From the human T2T-CHM13v2.0 reference genome, Homo sapiens, in assembly GCF_009914755.1 (NCBI RefSeq), contig NC_060927.1: a stretch of 64,000 nucleotides of DNA; one strand, given 5' to 3'. Each line of letters starts with the position of its first letter. Positions within the stretch are counted from its first letter, which is position 1. Shown piece after piece: positions 51,936 through 64,000 of this stretch. The notes beneath the pieces are model-generated. The model saw nothing but the letters and a program-made list of their open reading frames with translations, ran no database searches and was not told where the DNA came from. A program made the translations under genes and the position numbers.

Positions 51936-53187
51936 CCTCTACCTAATCTTCTAGTCTATATTGTGCTGTGCCCGAGTGGCACCAATGTTCCAGCTACACT
52001 AGATTACATGTCATCCTTCAATGTATCTTTCGTTTTCTTGCCCCTGGATATTAATTTGTGCTGTTTTATTTTGTTCTCAAGTAACCAAAACCCCATTCCA
52101 GTTATTCAAGGACTAATTCAAGTGCTGCTTTGCCTCATGAAGGCTTCCCCAATGCTCCTCATTGCATTATTTTTTCTGTCTTTATTTCCCTTATTCTTTG
52201 TACCTTCATTAGAGATTTAATAAGATATTGTGATTTATAATTTATGTATGTGTCTTGTCCTCATTTTATCAGACAAGACGGTGCTTATGATATTCTTTTA
52301 CAAATCACTGTTAGCGTACGCTGGCAACCTGAAAACAGCTAAACATAAAATACAATCTGTTCCTTAGAACATGGAGGCTTGTTCAAGGAGGAGTGATCCC
52401 TGATTCATGAATGAGTGAGTGAAGGTAAGACTGAATGTGGAATCAAAATAAAACTGAATGTGTTTGTTCCTTAAAATATACCTAAAAATAAAGAATCAGC
52501 TGGCTTATTTTTATTTTTGACAATCTTAGTCAAAATCTTCTAATAAAAGTTATGATGTTAAGTTTATGAACTTTCTATAAAAATATATGAATTTAAAATT
52601 GGAGTCTTCTCTCAGAAATATTAGTATCAATTGTAACAATTTAATAATGTTGATTGTTTGCTGTGAACTAAATCTTGAGTTACATGTTTACATGGCTTTT
52701 ACTGATTCATAAATTAACGAAATAGTTACAATCAACATAAATTAGAAATTCGTACAGGGCATAAATTAAAGGTACTTAAATATTTTATATCAAAAGAGAA
52801 TTATTTAATGGAAATAGATTCCTGTTTGAAAATGCATGAAGATAATAAGTTTTAAATTTTTGAAAAAATCTAAATACAAATAACACAATGAATATGAGTT
52901 TATTTATGAAATTTGATTAGGTTTTATAATTTTAAAGATTATTCTAGCTATATAACCCTCACTTCTTTATGTAATTACTAAATATGAACTTATGAGTTCT
53001 TTATAAGAAAAACGTTTATTAATAAAGTAAACATAGTTCTTGGTTTTCAAAGAAGAGTCTGGTGTTTGGAGACAGAGAATGTTAAATCTAATACTTGCAG
53101 AAATTGTAATACTGAAGTTCCCTTTACAGAGAATGCCTCTTCATTCTATTAGAATGGAATCTTTAGAACCAGCTATAAAAGAGCTTA

Positions 53188-53430
53188 ACAGTAACAATAG
53201 CACAATACATACCAGACAATATTTTAAGTGTTTTGCATATATTAACTGATATAATCCTCACAACAACCCTACGAGATAAGTACTGTCATTACCCATATTT
53301 CACAAAAGGAGAAACCATTTTTTACTTAGTGTAGATTAACTCATAAAGGTCATGTACCATATACCAAGCACATGATAAAAACACGATCCTAGTCTGGTTC
53401 TACAATCCGTTCTTTCTACCACTCTTCTCT
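53188..53430 (-). mobile_element. MIR SINE
   Basis: 'taatcctcacaacaaccctacgagataagtactgtcattacccatatttcac'. Confidence 0.85.
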
Positions 53431-53914
53431 AGAGTCCTCTAGTTTTAGGAAAACAACTCTCTGATCTGTCTCTTTCATAGGAAATCAAAGTCATGAGGAC
53501 ATATGTTTCAAACATTCAATAGCACACAGCACTCCAGGAGGAATAATTTACAAAGGGTTGTATAATGAACACTCCTCAGGATGTCTTCCTCTTTATATAT
53601 GTATATGTATGTCACTTATCTAAAGTAAAATCATATGAAATAAAATACATGTTTTTATGTAGCATAATAGAGATCCATGATACCTACACAATTTCAAGTA
53701 CGGTGTGACTTTCCATTCATCAAAATAAAGCATATATAAATACATGTACACAAACTTGTCATTGTTAATTTTAGTTACTTCTGATTTTCTTAAAACCTTT
53801 AACATGCTGTCCCTAAAATGATCATTTTTAGTATTCCCCTAAATGTGGCAACAAATTATGTGAAACTAATTAGAACTACGTTCAAATTTAAATTCACCAT
53901 TAATTATTCTTTTA

Positions 53915-54060
53915 ACCATTGGCAACATGAACTGCATTCCTTAATTGAATTTCCCTATTTGTAAAATAAAGACAGTATACCTGTTTGGAGGCTGTTGTGA
54001 AAAAAAATAAGATTAAATATATAATACATTCCTTGCAACAATTTGGACCTACTCAATCTA
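53915..54060 (+). mobile_element. MIR fragment
   Basis: 'tttccctatttgtaaaataaagacagtatacct...ggctgttgtga'. Confidence 0.65.
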
Positions 54061-55169
54061 TTTTCTCCTTTCCTCGTTCTTGTGACAGTGAATATTTGTC
54101 TGCTTTACTAATGAAAAATTATTAAGAATGTTATTTTAAGAAACATTAAGTAGGTGGAGGAAACATCCATATCTATGTTTAAAAATAATCATTAATCTAT
54201 TTATTTTAGTACAAATGTAGTAATCCTGAGATATCCTTGGATCGACATATATTTTTCTTATGCAATAAGTTGCTGAAGCAAATATAGCTTGCTACCACTC
54301 AAAAAACTTGAGGCTTATCATATCATCCCTCCAAATATTTAAAAAGATTCAAAACATTCTGGCAGTTCATTATAAGACAAAGCATCTCAGTAATTCTTTT
54401 CAAAATGTACTGTTTATATGAACTCTCAGTGAATTACTTTTTATTACACTGCTTTGATTTCATTAATATAGTAAGTTAGTGCAGGATTTCTAACCTAGGT
54501 CATATTGATTCTGTCTGGATTCTTTATCCATTGAACCAAATGATCCTTTTTTATATTATACAATGCATATGTAGATATGTGAATCTGAAGAAGCTCTACT
54601 ATTTCTATTGAAGCCCTTATCAAAGTTATATACATGCCCATATAGTGAATTGGGTTTGGGAGTTTTGTTTCTGTGTTTGTTTTTCTTGTCTCTAATAAGA
54701 TTACTATCAGGAAACTACCTTTGTTATTCTTAGAAAGTTACCTTTGTAGAAAAAGGTAGTTTTTCTAGTAAAAGAAGGGGTGGGGCCAAGGTGGTGCCAT
54801 TTTAGGGCTCCTTCTGTTAAAACAGCTGACTCTCAGTTGCAGGCAGCCCCACTCTCTGAGAAAGAAGATATTCAATCACACCCATTCTGTTTGAACGTTT
54901 TGGTGATAAATTTTACTCACCCCTGGTGGAGCAGAGCCAGAGAGAGAGAAAGAGGCAGAGATTCCATGAGTGCCCGACTTGGTTTTGGCAGCTCTTCTGG
55001 GTGGCAGCTTAGCCTTGATGATAACTGCTTATGGTCCCAGATAAACATTAACATGCAGCCCTGGAACTCTAAGCAAAAGGTCACCCTTGGTCGAATTTTT
55101 ACTAAGAAAGGAAGCTTCTCCTTATTCAATGGCAGATGGTAGCATGTTTACATGGTACCTGTAGAGAGA

Positions 55170-55332
55170 ATCAAGAGCCGTGAGTGGAAAGTGGAACAAG
55201 AGACATTCGGCCTAGTGTTGAGGCAACGCTTTCCAACAGTTGCTGCTGTCCAGCAACGGAAGTCACGCTCCACGAAGCTGTGAGTGCCTCCTCACAAGAA
55301 TTATTCCAGCAAAGCCCAGGTAAACATCTGCC
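55170..55332 (+). mobile_element. L3/CR1 3' fragment
   Basis: 'ctttccaacagttgctgctgtccagcaacggaa...gtgagtgcctcctcacaagaattattccagcaaagcccaggtaaacatctg' parallels the L3 3' consensus as recalled. Confidence 0.65.
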
Positions 55333-55799
55333 ATGAATACTTTTCTTTAAATTTCACAATTTGTTTAGGCAAGTATTTAATTAATGCCTCACTCAGGTTG
55401 AGCACCTTTAACCTAAAAATTCAAAATTTGAAATGCTCCAAAATCTGAAACTTTTTGAGTGCCAAAATTATACCACGAGTAGAAAATTCTACACCTGACC
55501 TCATGTGATGGGTCACAATCAAAATACAGGCTCACACACACACACACAGTTTATTCAATGTCCCCAAGGCGAATATAGACTCTCCCAGGCCCATTCAGGT
55601 GCAATACGTCTTTTCTGCACATGCCCAGATTCCCTAAACAAGCACACCCACAAAGGGTAATAAAATGGCACATGTGCAGGCTGGACATGCCAAGGGTAGA
55701 TTCCCTATGATGCCCTACATGAGAACAAGACGTGCATGCATTACTCACTGTGATTTCTTGCTTATTCTCTACTTTGTGGTGAAAGAATATTGTTGAAAA

Positions 55800-57780
<1,981 letters not shown>

Positions 57781-57839
57781 CTCCTTATCTCTAGAGAATC
57801 TCCTTCCTGGTCTCTCAATAACTTTTGATGTTTCCTTAA

Positions 57840-57909
57840 ATATATATATATGGAACTTACTAATTTACTTATATATATATATGGAATAAATGGACTGGTT
57901 GCAGAAATT

Positions 57910-57941
<32 letters not shown>
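57840..57941. repeat. Complex (TA)n tract with embedded inserts
   Basis: Three TA runs separated by ggaacttactaatttactt and ggaataaatggactggttgcagaaattt. Confidence 0.92.
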
Positions 57942-58495
57942 GTGTACTTTAACTCTTTAATCAAAACACAGCATCACACATAGAGACTGAAAGCCTGCCA
58001 TTGTCAGCTGTTGCTGTTGTTTAACAGCAGATACAGGTATTCTGGCGATGCTACTGTGCTGTTAGTTACTCTGAACACATAATTTTTTCACTCTATTATG
58101 GTATTTTTTACTGTTCTGCACTTAGCTGTGAATAAGTATAAGGAAATGATTGCTTACTGCTTCTCAGTAGCCTGTAAATTCAGTCAGGAAAAAGGGTGAT
58201 GTCAAACACCCACAGACAGCACACCCGGGTGGCAGAGGCAGTGGTGCCTTTCCTTTCTGATTGTTCAATGTACACACACTTTCTTTCAGGCACAAAATTG
58301 TTTAAAATATTTTATAAAATTACCTCAGGCTATGTGTATAAATGGATATGAAATATAAATAAATTTCATGTTTAGACTTGGGTTCCATCCTCAAATATTT
58401 CATTATGTATATACAAATATCTCAAAATCTGCAAAAATGTAGAAATCCCAAACCCGTTTGGTCCCAAGTATTCTGGATAAGGGATCCTCAACCCG

Positions 58496-58830
58496 TATGT
58501 GCTAACCTCATTTCGCGGGCTGGGATAACAGCCATGAGCAAAACAAAACACCGTCATCATGAATATTACATTCTAGAGGAAGAAAAAATTAAATAAACCC
58601 AGAAATACATAACACAGTTTAATTTAGAAATAAGCACTCTAAGAAAAAGTGAAGTCTGATAAAGGAATGGAGAGTCATGGTACTACTACCTTAGAAAGTT
58701 GATCAAGGAAGTTCTCTTGACAATTTGAACAGTAGCAAGGGGTAAATCATAATTCCTTATAAGCCATTGTAAGAGCTATAAATTTTATTCAAATAAAAAT
58801 GGAAGGCACATGGTGATGAGGCAGGCCACA
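58496..58830 (-). mobile_element. L2 3' region (its tail lies at ~55355-55393, left of Tigger4)
   Basis: '...ttaatgcctcact' [Tigger4] 'tatgtgcta...ggctgggataacagccatgagcaaaacaa...tacattctag'. Confidence 0.7.
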
Positions 58831-58936
58831 TTGTTTTAACTTATGTTTGAATTCTGTACCACTCTCTTGTTTTTAATCCTCAGCTTTGCCTTACCCAGAA
58901 TGCCAGGACAAATGTTCAGGTTATTGTGGGTATTTA

Positions 58937-59171
58937 TTTATTTATTTATCTATTTATTTATTTTTATTTTTCTGAGGAAGAGTCTCACTCTGTCACCCAG
59001 GCTGGAGTGCAGTGGTGTGATCTCAGCTCACTGTAACCTCCACCTCCTTCCTGGGTTCAAGCGATTCTCCTGCCTCAGCCCCCTGAGCAGCTGGTCTACA
59101 GGCTCACACCACCACGCCTGGCGTGGCCTCCCAAAGTGCTGGGATTGCAGGTGTGAGCCACCACTCTTGGC
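58937..59171 (-). mobile_element. AluS with an internal deletion and (TAAA)n tail
   Basis: Junction 'acgcctggc|gtggcctccc'; TSD tattgtgggtattta / tattatgagtattta. Confidence 0.94.
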
Positions 59172-59289
59172 TATTATGAGTATTTAAAATGAGCCAACCA
59201 GCAAAATTGAGTATAAATCAAATATTGAATATAATTTAAAGTTATGAATTGCTTCATTATTTAATTTTGTCTTAAATAGTTCACACTGA

Positions 59290-59870
59290 CTTAATTTGAA
59301 AATTTTCAAATGTGTAAACAATAGAGAGATGAGTATAATAAACTCCATATGTCCACTACCCAGTTTAAACAACTATCAGACTATCCCAATCTTATTTCAT
59401 TTGTCATCCTACCCACTTCGGCCAACCTCAGGTAAAAGTGAAACGATGAGCAAATGTCTTACCATTTCACTCTTAAAATTTTTAGAATGTAAGAACTTTT
59501 TGAAAAAATAACCATAATATCATTAACACTACCAAAAATGTTAACAATCATTTTTTAATGTTATCAAATATGAGGTGTTCAAATTTCCCCAAATGTCTCA
59601 TAAATATATGATTAGAATTGATGTACTTTAATTAGTGTCTTCATTGCGTATTGTCAGTATGTCACTAAGTCTCTTTTAATCTACCTGTCACTCTTTTATT
59701 TTAAACATCAATTTACTTGTTGAAAAAAGTGTGTCATTTGTCCCATTATTCCTCTACATTCTACATTTTGATAATTGGATCCCCATGATATCATTTCACA
59801 TGTTGCTCTGTTTCCTGTGTTTTTTATAAACTGAGAGTGATTTCTAGATGTTTGATCAGATTTGGTTCAA
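59290..59870 (-). mobile_element. L1MC4/5-type 3' end
   Basis: 'gaaaattttcaaa...gtataataaactccatatgtccactaccca', 'gttcaaatttcccc', 'gatcagatttggttcaa'. Confidence 0.78.
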
Positions 59871-62249
59871 GATTCTCCCCCCATGTTACATGTAGTCAGT
59901 CACTCTCCCCTAGGGCCCACCCAGGCGCTCACCTACCTCCCCAACTTTAAGAACTGCTTAAGATACCATCCCAAACATGAGAATAAACTAGTAAAATTCA
60001 CAAAGCAGCTGAGAATTGTCCTTTATTCAGCTGAGTCTTCAGAAAATCACAGTAACTGTGGTTCATTAATGTTTCAGGATATTCTTCATTATCCCAATCA
60101 ATATTCAATTGGAAATATTTATAAAAATAATAATAATGAAGATATCAGATAAAAATATTGTTGAACAAATGTTGCCATTATCCTTTTAATCTCTGTTATC
60201 GAAAAAATCCTAGATTATTGTTGTTGAGGCCTTTGGAGTTCCATTTAATCTTTTTCAACTTTTATTTCTTTTTTTGGAAACCCACTTCTAAATGTCAGTT
60301 TTCCCTGAAATCCCACCTTCAACTCACTTTCTCTAGCTACCATATGCACTTACAGTGCCTATTCTCCTTCATGAAGGGAACATTTTAAAATCTATTTTTG
60401 ATTATTACTATGGAAACTCAGAGGTTAGATACATGACTGCCTGAATGAAGTGTTCACCTCCATTTTTTCTTCTTTCCATAATGTTGTTCAATAGCAACTG
60501 CTGACTAATGACACACACATTAGCCCTTGGTTTGAGACACACACAAGTTAGAGGTGGTGTTTGCATAATGTTTTTATAGAAAATAATAGGAATACAAGCA
60601 CCTAAATCCTTTTCTCTCACTTCCCATGGCTTGTTCATTTATAACTTGTTTCAGAATTGCCCTGTGCTGTTTCTCTCTGACCTTCTGTTCTACAATAATA
60701 AACACTTGGATTAACTATCTGTGTTCTAAAATGCCAGCTATTTCCAGTTTGAGATGTTTAAATAAGTGATTTCCTTAATTTGCAGCTATAGTTCTTTTTT
60801 AACCCAATTTTAAAGTGAGTTTCTTTATATACCTTCTCGCCTTCTTCCTCCCTGACTTTCTACTGCTCAGCAATCTTTAAAATTAAACAAAGCATTCAGG
60901 TGAAAGGGAAAAAATGAAGTCATGTTATTTGTTTCTATATTTTGAGGTCTATTTTAACTTTATATTTGTTATTTTATTCTCAAATGTATATTTCCTTTTT
61001 TTCCCCAACTATCACAAAAAGAAACTGGAATATAGTACATCTCCTTTCAAAACAAAACTGGATATTGGAACTTATCATTATTTCTTACACGCCTGCAAGG
61101 TATTTTTTTTTTTGTACTAATAAAAGGACTCAGGTATGTTGAATTCATCCATTCAAATGTGCACACATTGCTTTTGCTCTCTATTGTGTACATCTGCATA
61201 TAAAGCCTAAGCATATCTTTGCTCCTTTATTAACAACAGATAAAAATATGTATTGAGCATTTATTCTGTGTCTGGCACTGTGTTATTTGTTATTAATACA
61301 GTGGGAGAGGAACAGTTATTGTCTTTAATATTGTTGAACTCTAGAAAGAAAACCACTGAATGGATAACCCACTCTCTGTCAAACGTTCATTCCCTTCTCA
61401 TTCTCAGTGAACAAAATTTGTCCAACTGTCACTTATAGAAAACCTAAACTGTTTTCAAAGGAACATGTATGGTCTCTCGATTCTTCACTTATGTCTCATT
61501 TTCTCCCAGCTTCACTTACAAGTTTTATATATTGGCTGATGACATGTGGTACCGAGAGCAGCAAGGCATTAGAGAAAGTGAAAAGTCAAAAATATAAACC
61601 TGCTATGAAAAAGTCAGAGGCGAAAAGCTAGATTTAGACATCTAGTGGACCTTGGTTTATTTAGACCTTTCCCTGTAATATGTTTAAAACTTTAACAGAA
61701 TGACATCCCTAAAAGTCAAAATTCCATTTGTGCAATTTACAAAAAGTGAGAAATAGATTTGTTACAATCTTGATTTTGGCTGATAAATGTATGTTTCATG
61801 GTAGGAAAATATAACTGGGACTCTATGAGCAACAGAAATCTGTGAGAAGACCCTCTATAGCAGATGACCCTAAATTGTTCTTTTCTCCCATCCTACCTCC
61901 ATACCCACACCTGCTGCTGTTCATACCAAGAATGAATCTACAAAGTGCAGACAGTATCCTTTTTATGACTTCCCCACAGCTTTCAGAGCTTCCACAAAGT
62001 TTTCATTAGTCTCTTTGAAGTTCAAAATGTGACCCCGAACACATTGTCGTATTGAGTTGTAGATTCCCGTTTATTACTAAAGAGGCAGTAGCAATAAAGA
62101 GACACAATGTATTATAAGATTTTCCTCAATGTGTCATTGGACTGTGAACTTGGCGCTTGCTCCATTTTAAAATTTACCAGTGTTCTCTTGTGTACTCTCC
62201 GTTCTTGCATCCTCTCTCCCAACCATTTCTAGGAAAATGAATCTTTAAG

Positions 62250-62360
62250 GAATCAAAAAATCATAGAATATTATAACTAAAGGAGACCTGAGAGATTCTG
62301 TTTTCTGATCTTTTAATTTTTGAGAAGGAACTAAGATCAAATTTTCTGTAATTTGACAAG
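62250..62360 (-). mobile_element. MIR3 fragment
   Basis: 'aatcatagaatattataactaaaggagacctgagagat'. Confidence 0.6.
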
Positions 62361-62939
62361 CATTCCGACCTAAAAACAGTATTCATAAGAAGCATAAAGA
62401 TTACTAGAAGGAGACCTTCTCAGGCAGAATGACATTCTAGAATGATCTGCAAGTCCCTGAAGGTAATAAGGCAGCTGTTTTATTGCTTAATCCCCAAGTC
62501 ATGTTCAGGTTTTCTCTTCTTATTTTGAAAAAGAATGTTGCTCTAAAGAGACAGCGATTATTTTGCACAGTGAAAGAACGGAGATGAGAAATACAGGATC
62601 CCTTTTAAGTAATATTATGTGTTTAACTTTTATCTAGGTAGTTTTGAAAGAAAAACAGGTTTAAGTGCATGAAATTATGTATCTATATCATATGACTTTC
62701 TTTTAATATAACGGTTATAAAATTTTCATACAGTGTGATTGCAAGCCAGTGTTTCCTGGGGACATGCGTGCATGTGAATATATATTTCAGTGCTTTTACC
62801 CATGTATGTACATATATGTGAGTGTTTAATGAGTACATCTGCCCATTGGATGAATTTCACTTCATTCTGACAATAGAATTGCCTGTTCAAAGGGAGGAAA
62901 AAAGATTAATATAACTAAAAGGAAAAATAAAAAGTTAGA

Positions 62940-63150
62940 GTGACAATTTGTTAAGTGTTTACTAGGAGCCAGGCACTGACCTGGTGGCTTTGCATGCATC
63001 TTAATTAACCTTCACAAGAGCACTAATAGGTCGATATTTTTCTCTTCATCTTCCAGATCAGAAAAGCTTGAGGCCTTAGAGAAGTTAAGTGACTTTTCCA
63101 GCGTCACATAGATGGCAGCAGTAGAGTGTGGATTTCTACCCAAATCCAAT
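62940..63150 (-). mobile_element. MIR SINE
   Basis: 'ttaagtgtttactaggagccaggcactg...agagaagttaagtgacttttccagcgtcaca'. Confidence 0.85.
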
Positions 63151-63189
63151 TGGTGGCAAAAAACAAAAAATAGCTAAATGTAAAACGAT

Positions 63190-63395
63190 GTTTATCATGC
63201 CTAAGTATGTTATATCAATTAACCCATTTTATGATCCCAGAACTTGATACAGTTGCTACTGCTATTCCTGTTTTATATATGGGAAATTGAAAACCATTTA
63301 AAGTTTAAGTAACTTGCTACAGTTAAAATGACACATCTGGGATATAAACCAGTAGCCTGGTTGGACTATATACTTGAAGTCACTTATATACACTC
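63190..63395 (-). mobile_element. MIR SINE
   Basis: 'ctattcctgttttatatatgggaaattga...tttaagtaacttgc'. Confidence 0.7.
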
Positions 63396-63886
63396 CTGTC
63401 CAAAGTGGGTATCTACCTTTTCCTCTCCTTGTGGAGAGGAAAGAACAGAGAACAGAACATATTCACATTTTGCATGTCATTTTAGATTTAAATTATCCTT
63501 AAAATTATATTTTACAAAAGGTTAATAACTGTCACTTTGGAAAGTTCTGATGTTTATCATTCCAGAGGCATTCCTTTTTTTATATTAAAAAAAAACTTTA
63601 TCATGCATCAGGGGGTTCCTTTAGTTTCTACACTCTGTAAAGAGACATTGGCATTAGATTTAGAATACATTGTAATTACTTATGTGAATTGGAACATACA
63701 GCACTGTGTCAGTTAGATATTGTCCAGTAGCCTTCTGTAGTAGAAAACAGAAACAATAATGACACACAAAAGAATTTTTTGAGAAGGCAGTCCACAAGAG
63801 GCATGGAAGCGCACCAGTATGACCTGAAGGACCCAGGCACTTTCTGTATTTTGGCTCCAAGGTGTCCACTGGGAGTTGACTCATCA

Positions 63887-64000
63887 TTTTTTTAGAATTT
63901 TTTTTCTTAATTTTTAATTATTGTGGGTACATAGTAGGTATGATGTTTTGGGGGTACCTGAGATGTTTTGATACAGGCGTGCCATGTAAAATAATCACAT
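63887..64000 (-). mobile_element. L1MA2-type 3' end (runs off the window)
   Basis: 'ttgtgggtacatagtagg...tgagatgttttgatacaggcgtgccatgtaaaataatcacat'. Confidence 0.88.

Noticed and set aside
52500-53030. Very AT-rich tract as a matrix-attachment region or origin
   Set aside because: Composition alone is not diagnostic in an AT-rich isochore
54712-54762. 11-bp inverted repeat (aaactaccttt / aaaggtagttt) as a miRNA or MITE
   Set aside because: Stem too short and AT-rich, with a 29-nt loop; plausible by chance

Overview
AT-rich, CpG-depleted primate (hominoid-like) nuclear DNA, either intergenic or deep inside an intron. A large share is transposon-derived. The repeats include 11 Alus (J, S and Y types, most with target-site duplications, TSDs), L1/L2/MIR/CR1 fragments and many MaLR/ERVL LTRs. 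There is also a complete THE1A element, an ancient ERVL dUTPase remnant, MER1A, MER5A and a near full-length dead Tigger4 (Zombi) transposon. I find no supportable protein-coding gene, tRNA/rRNA or CRISPR array, and I cannot name a host gene; the ORF track is repeat-derived or chance ORFs. I do not see a convincing new multi-gene system. The best leads are: (1) a 9-bp tandem expansion in an MLT2 LTR that builds a 3-bp-spaced TEAD motif array beside an AP-1 site (43.4 kb); (2) two short templated-copy-like duplications about 1 kb from their source (56.5/57.9 kb and 34.8/35.9 kb); (3) a MEF2/TATA + CCAAT + E-box promoter-like module with a strong splice donor (22 kb); (4) a perfect DR1 nuclear-receptor element in CpG-retaining unique DNA (18.4 kb); (5) two twin-primed inverted L1 insertions; (6) splice signals and an LTR strand bias hinting at a + strand transcript. 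Repeat subfamily names come from my recall of consensus sequences, and boundaries of old repeats are approximate.
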